64,000 bases of DNA from Azolla caroliniana. Lineage: Eukaryota > Plantae > Polypodiophyta. Below the pieces are notes generated by a model that worked only from the letters and a program-made list of their open reading frames with translations, made no database searches and was not told the DNA's origin. Shown piece after piece: positions 26,114 through 39,870 of this stretch; within the stretch, counting starts at the first letter, position 1, and each line of letters begins with the position of its first letter. Position numbers and translations under genes: made by a program. The DNA lies in assembly GCA_043228905.1 (NCBI GenBank), contig JBHGNT010000044.1, forward strand, positions 124,001 through 188,000, in the 5' to 3' direction.

Positions 26114-27899
26114 CGGATTAAAGAATCAAGATTTTGAAACTCGGGTCGAGAGACATGAAGAAATTAGCAAACTTGAGGAGTGAGTTGAGAACAACTAGTA
26201 GGTAAATTAAAATGTTCATACCTGGCTCGTGTGAAATCCGATTTTTGTGTTCAAACATGCGAATCGAAGCTACCAACGCTAGCTATTATCTGGATTTTTA
26301 TAAAATCAAGATTTTGAAACTCAGGTCAAGAGACATGAAGAAATTAGCAAACTTGGGGAGGGAGTTGAGAGGAGACCTTGACTAAATTAAAATGTTCATA
26401 CCTGGCTCGTGTGATATCGGATTTTTGTTTTCAAACATGCGAATCGAAGCTAACAACGCTAGCTATTATCTGGAATAATAAAATCAAGATTTTTAAACTC
26501 GGGTCAAGAGACATGAAGAAATTAGCAAACTTGAGGAGGGAGTTGAGAATACCTGGCTCGTGTGATATCGGATTTTTGTGTTCAAACATGCGAATCGAAG
26601 CTAACAACGCTAGCTATGATATGGATTTAAAAACTCAAGATTTTTAAACTCGGGTCAAGAGACATGAAGAAATTACCATATTTGAGGAGGGAGTCGAGAG
26701 GAGCTATTAGGTAAATTAAACTATTCATACCTGGCTCGTGTGATATCGTATTTTTGTGTTCCAACATGCGAATCAAAGCTAACAACGCTAGCTATAATTT
26801 GGAATTAAAAAAATCAAGATTTTGAAACTCAGGTCGAGAGAAATGACGAAAATAGAAAACATGAGGAGGGAGTTGAGAAGAGCCCTTGACTAAATTAAAA
26901 TGTTCATACCTCGCTCGTGTGATATCGGATTTTTGTATTCAAACATGCGAATCGAAGCTAACAACGCTAGCTATGATCTCGGATTAAAGAATCAAGATTT
27001 TGAAACGCGGGTCGAGAGACATGAAGAAATTAGCAAACTTGAGGAGGGAGTTGAGAATACCTAGTAGGTAAATTAAAATGTTCATACCTGGCTCGTGTGA
27101 AATCCGATTTTTGTGTCCAAACATGCGAATCGAAGCTACCAACGCTAGCTATTATCTGGAATTATAAAATCAAGATTTTGAAACTCAGGTCAAGAGACAT
27201 GAAGAAATTAGCAAACTTAGGGGGGGAGTTGAGAGGAGACCTTGAGTAAATTTAAATGTTCATACCTGGCTCGTGTGAAATCCGATTTTTGTGTTCAAAC
27301 ATGCGAATCGAAGCTAACAACGCTAGCTATGATCTCGAATTAAAGAATCAAGATTTTGAAACTCGGGTCCAGAGACATGAAGAAATTAGCAAACTTGAGG
27401 AGTGAGTTGAGAATACCTAGTAGGTAAATTAAAATGTTCATACCTGGCTCGTGTGAAATCCGATTTTTGTGTTCAAACATGCGAATCGAAGCTACCAACG
27501 CTAGCTATTATCTGGAATTATAAATTCAAGATTTTGAAACTCAGGTCAAGAGACATGAAGAAATTAGCAAACTTGGGGAGGGAGTTGAGAGGAGACCTTG
27601 AGTAAATTAAAATGTTCATACCTGGCTCGTGTGATATCCGATTTTTGTGTTCAAACATGCGAATCGAAGCTAACAACGCTAGCTATGATATGGAATTAAA
27701 AAATCAAGATTTTGAAACTCAGGTCAAGAGACATGAAGAAATTAGCAAACTTGAGGAGGGAGTTGAGAGGAGCCCTTGAGTAAATTAAAATGTTCATACC
27801 TCACTCGTGTGATATCGGATTTTAGTGTTTAAACATGCGAATCGAAGCTAACAACGCTAGCTATGATATGGAATTAAAAAATCAAGATTTTGAAACTCG

Positions 27900-30800
27900 G
27901 GTCGAGAGACATGAAGAAATTAGCAAACTTGAGGAGTGAGTTGAGAACACCTAGTAGGTAAACTAAAATGTTCATACCTGGCTCGTGTGAAATCCGATTT
28001 TTGTGTTCAAACATGCGAATCGAATCTAACAACGCTAGCTATTATCTGGAATTATAAAATCAAGATTTTGAAATTCAGGTCAAGAGACATGAAGAAATTA
28101 GCAAACTTGAGGAGGGAGTTGAGAGGAGACCTTGAGTAAATTAAAATATTCATACCTGGCTCGTGTGATATCGGATTTTTGTGTTCAAACATGCAAATCG
28201 AAGCTAACAACGCTAGCTATGATATGGAATTATAAAATCAGGATTTTGAAACTCAAGTCAAGAGACATGAAGAAATTAGCAAACTTGAGGAGTGAGTTGA
28301 GAACACCTAGTAGGTAAATTAAAATGTTCATACCTGGCTCGTGTGATATCGGATTTTTGTGTTCAAACATGCGAATCGAAGCTAACAACGCTAGCTATGA
28401 TATGGAATTAAAAAATCAGGATTTCGAAACTCAGGTCAAGAGACATGAAGAAATTAGCAAACTTGCGGAGGGAGTTGAGAGGAGCCCTTGAGTAAATTAA
28501 AATGTTCATACCTCGCTCGTGTGATATCGGATTTTTGTGTTCAAACATGCGAATCGAAGCTAACAATGCTAGCTATGATATGGAATTAGAAAATCAAGAT
28601 TTTGAAACTCAGGTCGAGAGACATGAAGAAATTAGCAAACTTGAGGAGGGAGTTGAGAGGAGCCCTTGACTAAATTAAAATGTTCATACCTGGCTCGTGT
28701 GATATCGGATTTTTGTGTTCAAACATGCGAATCGAAGCTAACAACGCTAGCTATGATATAGATTTAAAAACTCAAGATTTTTAAACTCGGGTCAAGAGAC
28801 ATGAAGAAATTACCAAATTTGAGGAGGGAGTCGAGAAGAGCTATTAGGTAAATTAAAATGTTCATACCTGGCTCGTGTGATATCGGATTTTTGTGTTCAA
28901 ACATGCGAATCGAAGCTAACAATGCTATCTATGATCTGGAATTAAAAAATCAAGATTTTGAAACTCGGGTCGAGAGACATGATGAAAATAGAAAACTTGA
29001 GGAGGGAGTTGAGAAGACCTAGTAGGTAAATTAAAGTGTTCATACCTGGCTCGTGTGATATCGTATTTCTGTGTTCAAACATGCGAATCAAATCTAACAA
29101 CGCTAGCTATAATTTGGAATTAAAAAAATCAAGATTTTGAAACTCAGGTCAAGAGACATGAAGAAATTAGCAAACTTGGGGAGGGAGTTGAGAGGAGACC
29201 TTGAGTAAATTAAAATGTTCATACCTCGCTCGTGTGATATCGGATTTCTGTGTTCAAACATGCGAATCGAAGCTAACAATGCTAGCTATGATCTACAATT
29301 AAAAAATCAAGATTTTGAAACTCAGGTCAAGAGACATGAAGAAATTAGCAATCTTGAGGAGGGAGTTGAGAGGAGCCCTTGAGTAAATTAAAATGTTCAT
29401 ACCTGGCTCGTGTGATATCGGATTTTTGTGTTCAAACATGCGAATCTAAGCTAACTATGCTAGCTATAATTTGGAATTAAAAAATCAAGACTTTGAAACT
29501 CAGGTCGAGAGACATGATGAAAATAGAAAACTTGAGGAGGGAGTTGAGATGAGCCCTTGAGTAAATTAAAATGTTCATACCTCGCTCGTGTGATATCGGA
29601 TTTTTGTGTTCAAACATGCGAATCGAAGCTAACAACGCTAGCTATGATATGGAATTAAAAAATCAAGATTTTGAAACTCGGGTCGAGAGACATGAAGAAA
29701 TTAGCAAACTTGAGGAGGGAGTTGAGAACACCTAGTAGGTAAATTAAAATGTTCATACCTGGCTCGTGTGAAATCCGATTTTTGTGTTCAAACATGCGAA
29801 TCGAAGCTAACAACGCTAGCTATTATCTGGAAGTATAAAATAAAAGATTTTTAAACTCGGGTCAAGAGACATGACGAAATTACCAAACTTGAGGAGGGAG
29901 TTGAGAGGAGACCTTGACTAAATTAAAATATTCATACCTGGCTCGTGTGATATCGGATTTTTTTGTTCAAACATGCGAATCGAAGCTAACAACGCTAGCT
30001 ATGATATAGAATTAAAAAATCAAGATTTTGAAACTCATGTCGAGAGGAGGGAGTTCAGAGGAGCCCTTGAGTAAATTAAAATGTTCATACCTGGCTCGTG
30101 TGGTATCGGATTTTTGTGTTCAAACATGCAAATTGAAGCTAACAACGCCAGCTATCATATGGAATTATAAAGTCAAGATTTTGAAACTCAAGTCAAGAGA
30201 CATGAAGAAATTAGCAAACTTGACGAGGGAGTTGAGAAGACCTAGTAGGTAAATTAAAGTGTTTATACCTGGCTCGTGTGATATCGTATTTTTGTTTTCA
30301 AACATGCGAATCAAAGCTACCAACGCTAGCTATAATTTGGAATTAAAAAAATCAAGATTTTGAAACTCGGGTCGAGAGACATGAAGAAATTAGCAAACTT
30401 GAGGAGTGAGTTAAGAACACCTAGTAGGTAAATTAAAATGTTCATACCTGGCTCATGTGAAATCCGATTTTTGTGTTCAAACATGCGAATCGAAGCTAAC
30501 AACGCTAGCTACTATCTGGAATTAAAAAATCAAGATTTTGAAACTCAGGTCAAGAGACATGAAGAAATTAGCAAACTTGAGGAGTGAGTTGAGAAGACCT
30601 AGTAGGTGAATTAAAATGTTCATACCTGGCTCGTGTGATATCGGATTTTTGTGTTCAAACATGCGAATCGAAGCTAACAACGCTAGCTATTATATGGAAT
30701 TAAAAAATCAAGATTTTGAAAGTCAGGCCGAGAGAAATAATGAAAATAGTAAACATGAGGACGGAGTTGAGGAGAGCCCTTGACTAAATTAAAATGTTCA

Positions 30801-33600
30801 GACCTGCCTCGTGTGATATCAGATTTTTGTGTTCAAACATGCGAATCGAAGCTAACAACGCTAGCTATAATCTGGAATTAAAAAAATCAAGATTTTGAAA
30901 CTCAGATCGAGAAAAATGACGAAAATAGGAAACATGAGGAGGGAGTTGAGAAGAGCCCTTGACTAAATTAAAATGTTCATACCTGGCTCGTGTGATATCG
31001 GATTTTTGTATTCAAACATGCGAATCGAAGCCTTCAACGCTATCTATGATATGGAATTAAAAAATCAAGATTTTGAAACTCGGGTCGAGAGACATGAAGA
31101 AATTAGCAAACTTGAGGAGGGAGTTGAGAATACCTAGTAGGTAAATTAAAATGTTCATACCTGGCTCGTGTGAAATCCGATTTTTGTGTTCAAACATGCG
31201 AATCGAAGCTTCCAACGCTAGCTATTATCTAGAATTATAAAATCAAGATTTTGAAACTCAGGTCAAGAGACATGAAGAGATTAGCAAACTTGAGGAGGGA
31301 GTTGAGAGGAGACCTTGAGTAAATTAAAATATTCATACCTGGCTCGTGTGATATCGGATTTTTGTGTTCAAACATGCAAATCGAAGCTAACAACGCTAGC
31401 TATGATATGGAATTATAAAATCAGGATTTTGAAACTCAAGTCAAGAGACATGAAGAAATTAGCAAACTTGAGGAGTGAGTTGAGAACATCTAGTAGGTAA
31501 ATTAAAATGTTCATACCTGGTTCGTGTGATATCGGATTTTTGTGTTCAAACATGTGAATCGAATCTAACAACGCTAGCTATGATATGGAATTAAAAAATC
31601 AGGATTTTGAAACTCAGGTCAAGAGACATGAAGAAATTAGCAAACTTGCGGAGGGAGTGGAGAGGAGCCCTTGAGTAAATTAAAATGTTCATACCTCGCT
31701 CGTGTGATATCGGATTTTTGTGTTCAAACATGCGAATCGAAGCTAACAACGCTAGCTATGATATGGAATTAAAAAATCAAGATTCTGAAACTCAGGTCGA
31801 GAGACATGATGAAAATAGCAAACTTGAGGAGGGAGTTGAGAGGAGCCCTTGAGTAAATTAAAATGTTCATACCTGGCTCGTGTGATATCGGATTTTTGTG
31901 TTCAAACATGCGAATCCAAGCTAACAACGCTAGGTATGATATGGATTTAAAAACTCAAGATTTTTAAACTCGGGTCAAGAGACATGAAGAAATTACCAAA
32001 TTTGAGGAGGGAGTCGAGAAGAGCTATTAGGTAAATTAAAATGTTCATACCTGGCTCGTGTGATATCGGATTTTTGTGTTCAAACATGCGAATCGAAGCT
32101 AACAACGCTAGCTATAATTTGGAATAAAAAAATCAAGACTTTGAAACTCAGGTCGAGAGACATGATGAAAATAGAAAACTTGAGGAGGGAGTTGAGATGA
32201 GCCCTTGAGTAAATTAAAATGTTCATACCTCGCTCGTGTGATATCGGATTTTTGTGTTCAAACATGCGAATCGAAGCTAACAACGCTAGCTATGATATGG
32301 AATTAAAAAATCAAGATTTTGAAACTCGGGTCGAGAGACATGAAGAAATTAGCAAACTTGAGGAGGGAGTTGAGAGGAGCCCTTGAGTAAATTAAAATGT
32401 TCATACCTGGTTCGTGTGATATCGGATTTTTGTATTCAAACATGCGAATCGAAGCTAACAACGCTAGCTATCATATGGAATTAAGAAATCAAGATTTTGA
32501 AACTCAGGTCAAGAGACATGAAGAAATTAGCAAACTTGAGGAGGGAGTTGAGAGGAGCCCTTGAGTAAATTAAAATGTTCATACCTCGCTCGTGTGATAT
32601 CGGATTTTTGTGTTCAAACATGCGAATCGAAGCTAACAACGCTAGCTATAATTTGGAATAAAAAAATCAAGACTTTGAAACTCAGGTCGAGAGACATGAT
32701 GAAAATAGAAAACTTGAGGAGGGAGTTGAGATGAGCCCTTGAGTAAATTAAAATGTTCATACCTCGCTCGTGTGATATCGGATTTTTGTGTTCAAACATG
32801 CGAATCGAAGCTAACAACGCTAGCTATGATATGGAATTAAAAAATCAAGATTTTGAAACTCGGGTCGAGAGACATGAAGAAATTAGCAAACTTGAGGAGG
32901 AAGTTGAGAACACCTAGTAGGTAAATTAAAATGTTCATACCTGGCTCGTGTGAAATCTGATTTTTGTGTTCAAACATGCGAATCGAAGCTAACAACGCTA
33001 GCTATTATCTGGAATTATAAAATCAAGATTTTTAAACTCAGGAGGGAGTTGAGAGGAGACCTTGACTAAATTAAAATATTCATACCTGGCTCGTGTGATA
33101 TCGGATTTTTTTGTTCAAACATGCGAATCGAAGCTAACAACGCTAGGTATGATATAGAATTAAAAAATCAAGATTTTGAAACTCATGTCGAGAGGAGGGA
33201 GTTGAGAGGGGCCCTTGAGTAAATTAAAATGTTCATACCTGGCTCGTGTCGTCTCGGATTTTTGTGTTCAAACATGCAAATAGAAGCTCACAACACCAGC
33301 TATGATATGGAATTATAAAGTCAAGATTTTGAAACTCAAGTCAAGAGACATGAAGAAATTAGCAAACTTGACGAGGGAGTTGAGAAGACCTAGTAGGTAA
33401 ATTAAAGTGTTCATACCTGGCTCGTGTGATATCGTATTTTTGTTTTCAAACATGCGAATCGAAGCTAACAACGCTAGCTATTATTTGGAATTAAAAAATC
33501 AAGATTTTGAAACTCAGGCCGAGAGAAATGATGAAAATAGTAAACATGAGGAGGGAGTTGAGAAGAGCCCTTGACTAAATTAAAATGTTCAGACCTGGCT
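27900..33600 (+). repeat. Older, diverged ~18-monomer tandem duplication
   Basis: The AAAATATTC..TCAGGATTTT block recurs at +3183 (ORF pair 28132/31315) and the rare CTTGCGGAG variant at ~28462/~31645. The same 25-bp deletion with the CATGTCGAGAGG variant lies at 30036 and 33184 (+3148). The interiors differ substantially. Confidence 0.7.
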
Positions 33601-35189
33601 CGTGTGATATCAGATATTTGTGTTCAAACATGCGAATCGAAGCTAGCAACGCTAGCTATGATCTGGAATTAAAAAATCAAGATTTTGAAACTCGGGTCGA
33701 GAGACATGAACAAATTAGCAAACTTGAGGAGTGAGTTGAGAAGACCTAGTAGGTAAATTAAAATGTTCATACCTGGCTCGTGTGATATCGGATTTTTGTG
33801 TTCAAACATGCGAATCGAAGCTAACAACGCTAGCTATTATTTGGAATTAAAAAATCAAGATTTTGACACTCAGGCCGAGAGAAATGATGAAAATAGAAAA
33901 CATGAGGAGGGAGTTGAGAAGAGCCCTTGACTAAATTAAAATGTTCATACCTCGCTCGTGTGATATCGGATTTTTGTTTTCAAACATGCGAATCGAAGCT
34001 AACAACGCTAGCTATGATATGGAATTAACAAATCAAGATTTTGAAACTCGGGTCGAGAGACATGAAGAAATTAGCAAACTTGAGGAGTGAGTTGAGAGGA
34101 GCCCTTGAGTAAATTAAAATGTTCATACCTGGCTCGTGTGATATCGAAGTTTTGTGTTCAAATATGCGAATCGAAGCTAACAACGCTAGCTATGATATGG
34201 AATTAAAAAATCAAGATTTTGAAACTCAGGTCAAGAGACATGAAGAAATTAGCAAACTTGAGGAGGGAGTTGAGAGGAGCCCTTGAGTAAATTAAAATGT
34301 TTATACCTCCCTCGTGTGACATCGGATTTTTGTGTTCAAACATGCAAATCGAAGCTAACAACGCTAGCTATGATCTGGAATTAAAAAATCAAGATTTTGA
34401 AACTCAGGCCGAGAGAGATGATGAAAATAGAAAACATGAGGAGGGAGTTGAGAGGAGCCCTTGAGTAAATTAAAATGTTCATACCTGGCTCGTGTGATAT
34501 CGGATTTTTGTGTTCTAACATGCAAATCGAAGCTAACAACGCTAGCTATGATATGGAATTAGAAAATCAAGATTTTGAAACTCGGGTCGAGAGACATGAA
34601 GAAATTAGCAAACATGAGGAGTGAGTTAAGAAGACCTAGTAGGTAAATTAAAATGTTCATACCTGGCTCGTGTGATATCGTATTTTTGTGTTCAAACATG
34701 CGATTCAAAGCTAACAACGCTAGCTATAATTTGGAATTAAGAAATCAAGATTTTGAAACTCAGGTCGAGAGACATGATGAAAATAGCAAACTTGAGGAGG
34801 GAGTTGAGAGGAGCCCTTGAGTAAATTAAAATGTTCAAACATTCGAATCGAAGCTAACAACGCTAGATATAATCTACAATTAAAAAATCAAGATTTTTAA
34901 ACTCGGGTCAAGAGACATGACGATATTACCAAATTTCAGGAGGGAGTTGAGAAGAGCTATTAGGTAAATTAAAATGTTCATACCTGGCTCGTGTGATATC
35001 GGATTTTTGTAATCAAACATGCGAATCGAAGCTCACAACGCTAGCTATGATATGTAATTAAAAAATCAAGATTTTGAAACTCGGGTTGAGAGACATGAAG
35101 AAATTAGCAAACTTGAGGAGTGAGTTGACAAGACCTAGTAGGTAAATTAAAATGTTCATACCTGGCTCGTGTGATATCGGAGTTTTGTG

Positions 35190-38100
35190 TTCAAACATGC
35201 GAATCGAAGCTAACAACACTAGCTATGATATGGAATTAAAAAACCAAGATTTTGAAACTCAGATTGAGAGACATGAAGAAATTAGCAAACATGAGGAGGG
35301 AGTTGAGAGGAGCCCTTGAGTAAATTAAAATGTTCATACCTGGCTCGTGTGATATCAGATTTTTGTGTTCAAACATGCAAATCGAAGCTAACAACGCTAG
35401 CTATGATCTACAATTAAAAAATCAAGATTTGGAAACTGAGGTCAAAAGACATGAAGAAATTAGCAAACTTGAGGAGTGAGTTGAGAACAGCTAGTAGATA
35501 AATTAAAAGGTATATACCTGGCTCGTGTGATATTGGATTTTTCTGTTCAAACATGCGAATCGAAGCTAACAACGCTAGCTATGATATGGATTGAAAAACT
35601 CATGATTTTTAAACTCGGGTCAAGAGACATGACGAAATTACCAAATTTGAGGAGGGAGTTGAGAGGAGCCCTTGACTAAATTAAAATGTTCATACCTGGG
35701 TCGTGTGATATCGGATTTTTGTGTTCAAACATGCGAATCGAAGCTAACAACGCTAGCTATGATCTACAATTAAAAAATCAAGATTTTGAAACTGAGGTCA
35801 AGAGACATGAAGAAATTAGTAAACTTGAGGAGTGAGTTGAGAACACCTAGTAGGTAAATTAAAATGTATATACCTGGTTCGTGTGATATCGGATTTTTCT
35901 GTTCAAACATGCGAATCGAAGCTAACAACGCTAGCTATGATATGGATTTAAAAACTCAAGATTTTTAAACTCGGGTCAAGAGACATGACGAAATTACCAA
36001 AGTTGAGGAGGGAGTTGAGAAGAGCCCTTGACTAAATTAAAATGTTCATACCTGGCTCGTGTGATATCGGATTTTTGTATTCAAACATGCGAATCGAAGC
36101 TAACAACGCTAGCTATGATATGGAATTAAAAAATCAAGATTTTGAAACTCGGGTCGAGAGACATGAAGAAATTAGCAAACTTGAGGAGTGAGTTGAGAAC
36201 ACCTAGTAGGTAAATTAAAATGTTCTTACCTGGCTCGTGGGAAATCCGATTTTTGTGTTCAAACATGCGAATCGAAGCTACCAACGCTAGCTATTATCTG
36301 GAATTATAAAATCAAGATTTTGAAACTCAGGTCAAGAGACATGAAGAAATTAGCAAACTTGGGGAGGGAGTTGAGAGGAGACCTTGAGTAAATTAAAATG
36401 TTCATACCTGGCTCGTGTGATATCGGATTTTTGTGTTCAAACATGCAAATCGAAGCTAACAACGCTAGCTATGATCTACAATTAAAAAATCAAGATTTTG
36501 AAACTGAGTTCAAGAGACATGAAGAAATTAGCAAACTTGAGGAGGGAGTTGAGAGGAGCCCTTGAGTAAATTAAAATGTTCATACCTGGCTCGTGTGATA
36601 TCGGATTTTTGTATTCAAACATGCGAATCGAAGCTCACAACGCTAGCTATGATATGTAATTAAAAAATCAAGATTTTGAAACTTGGGTTGAGAGACATGA
36701 AGAAATTAGCAAACTTGAGGAGTGAGTTGACAAGACCTAGTAGGTAAATTAAAATGTTCATACCTGGCTCGTGTGATATCGGAGTTTTGTGTTCAAACAT
36801 GCGAATCGAAGCTAACAACGCTAGCTATGATATGGAATTAAAAAACCAAGATTTTGAAACTCGGGTCCAGAGACATGAAGAAATTAGCAAACTTGAGGAG
36901 GGAGTTGAGAACACCTAGTAGGTAAATTAAAATGTTCTTACCTGGCTCGTGTGATATCGGATTTTTGTGTTCAAACATGCATATCGAAGCTAACAACGCT
37001 AGCTATGATCTACAATTAAAAAATCAAGATTTTGAAACTGTGGTCAAGAGACATGAAGAAAATAGCAAACTTGAGGAGGGAGTTGAGAGGAGCCCTTGAG
37101 TAAATTAAAATGTTCATACCTGGCTCGTGTGATATCGGATTTTTGTGTTCAAACATGCGAATCGAAGCTAACAACACTAGCTATGATATGGAATTAAAAA
37201 ACCAAGATTTTGAAACTCAGATTGAGAGACATGAAGAAATTAGCAAACATGAGGAGGGAGTTGAGAGGAGCCCTTGAGTAAATTAAAATGTTCATACCTG
37301 GCTCGTGTGATATCAGATTTTTGTGTTCAAACATGCAAATCGAAGCTAACAACGCTAGCTATGATCTACAATTAAAAAATCAAGATTTGGAAACTGAGGT
37401 CAAAAGACATGAAGAAATTAGCAAACTTGAGGAGTGAGTTGAGAACAGCTAGTAGATAAATTAAAAGGTATATACCTGGCTCGTGTGATATTGGATTTTT
37501 CTGTTCAAACATGCGAATCGAAGCTAACAACGCTAGCTATGATATGGATTGAAAAACTCATGATTTTTAAACTCGGGTCAAGAGACATGACGAAATTACC
37601 AAATTTGAGGAGGGAGTTGAGAGGAGCCCTTGACTAAATTAAAATGTTCATACCTGGGTCGTGTGATATCGGATTTTTGTGTTCAAACATGCGAATCGAA
37701 GCTAACAACGCTAGCTATGATCTACAATTAAAAAATCAAGATTTTGAAACTGAGGTCAAGAGACATGAAGAAATTAGTAAACTTGAGGAGTGAGTTGAGA
37801 ACACCTAGTAGGTAAATTAAAATGTATATACCTGGTTCGTGTGATATCGGATTTTTCTGTTCAAACATGCGAATCGAAGCTAACAACGCTAGCTATGATA
37901 TGGATTTAAAAACTCAAGATTTTTAAACTCGGGTCAAGAGACATGACGAAATTACCAAAGTTGAGGAGGGAGTTGAGAAGAGCCCTTGACTAAATTAAAA
38001 TGTTCATACCTGGCTCGTGTGATATCGGATTTTTGTATTCAAACATGCGAATCGAAGCTAACAACGCTAGCTATGATATGGAATTAAAAAATCAAGATTT

Positions 38101-39870
38101 TGAAACTCGGGTCGAGAGACATGAAGAAATTAGCAAACTTGAGGAGTGAGTTGAGAACACCTAGTAGGTAAATTAAAATGTTCTTACCTGGCTCGTGGGA
38201 AATCCGATTTTTGTGTTCAAACATGCGAATCGAAGCTACCAACGCTAGCTATTATCTGGAATTATAAAATCAAGATTTTGAAACTCAGGTCAAGAGACAT
38301 GAAGAAATTAGCAAACTTGGGGAGGGAGTTGAGAGGAGACCTTGAGTAAATTAAAATGTTCATACCTGGCTCGTGTGATATCGGATTTTTGTGTTCAAAC
38401 ATGCAAATCGAAGCTAACAACGCTAGCTATGATCTACAATTAAAAAATCAAGATTTTGAAACTGAGTTCAAGAGACATGAAGAAATTAGCAAACTTGAGG
38501 AGGGAGTTGAGAGGAGCCCTTGAGTAAATTAAAATGTTCATACCTGGCTCGTGTGATATCGGATTTTTGTATTCAAACATGCGAATCGAAGCTCACAACG
38601 CTAGCTATGATATGTAATTAAAAAATCAAGATTTTGAAACTCGGGTTGAGAGACATGAAGAAATTAGCAAACTTGAGGAGTGAGTTGACAAGACCTAGTA
38701 GGTAAATTAAAATGTTCATACCTGGCTCGTGTGATATCGGAGTTTTGTGTTCAAACATGCGAATCGAAGCTAACAACGCTAGCTATGATATGGAATTAAA
38801 AAACCAAGATTTTGAAATTCAGATTGAGAGACATGAAGAAATTAGCAAACATGAGGAGGGAGTTGAGAGGAGCCCTTGAGTAAATTAAAATGTTCATACC
38901 TGGCTCGTGTGATATCGGATTTTTGTGTTCAAACATGCAAATCGAAGCTAACAACGCTAGCTATGATCTACAATTAAAAAATCAAGAGTTGGAAACTGAG
39001 GTCAAAAGACATGAAGAAATTAGCAAACTTGAGGAGTGAGTTGAGAACAGCTAGTAGATAAATTAAAATGTATATACCTGGCTCGTGTGATATTGGATTT
39101 TTCTGTTCAAACATGCGAATCGAAGCTAACAACGCTAGCTATGATATGGATTTAAAAACTCATGATTTTTAAACTCGGGTCAAGAGACATGACGAAATTA
39201 CCAAATTTGAGGAGGGAGTTGAGAGGAGCCCTTGACTAAATTAAAATGTTCATACCTGGGTTGTGTGATATCGGATTTTTGTGTTCAAACATGCGAATCG
39301 AAGCAAACAACGCTAGCTATGATCTACAATTAAAAAATCAAGATTTTGAAACTGAGGTCAAGAGACATGAAGAAATTAGTAAACTTGAGGAGTGAGTTGA
39401 GAACACCTAGTAGGTAAATTAAAATGTCTATACCTGGTTCGTGTGATATCGGATTTTTCTGTTCAAACATGCGAATCGAAGCTAACAACGCTAGCTATGA
39501 TATGGATTTAAAAACTCAAGATTTTTAAACTCGGGTCAAGAGACATGACGAAATTACCAAATTTGAGGAGGGAGTTGAGAAGAGCCCTTGACTAAATTAA
39601 AATGTTCATACCTGGCTCGTGTGATATCGGATTTTTGTATTCAAACATGCGAATCGAAGCTAACAACGCTAGCTATGATATGGAATTAAAAAATCAAGAT
39701 TTTGAAACTCGGGTCCAGAGACATGAAGAAATTAGCAAACTTGAGGAGTGAGTGGAGAACACCTAGTAGGTAAATTAAAATGTTCTTACCTGGCTCGTGT
39801 GAAATCCGATTTTTGTGTTCAAACATGCGAATCAAAGCTACCAACGCTAGCTATTATCTGGAATTATAAA
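35190..39870 (+). repeat. 11-mer then 9-mer higher-order repeat
   Basis: CAGCTAGTAGATAAATT at 35488, 37446 and 39048 (1958 = 11 x 178; 1602 = 9 x 178). TGGCTCGTGGGAAATCC at 36231 and 38189. Confidence 0.9.
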
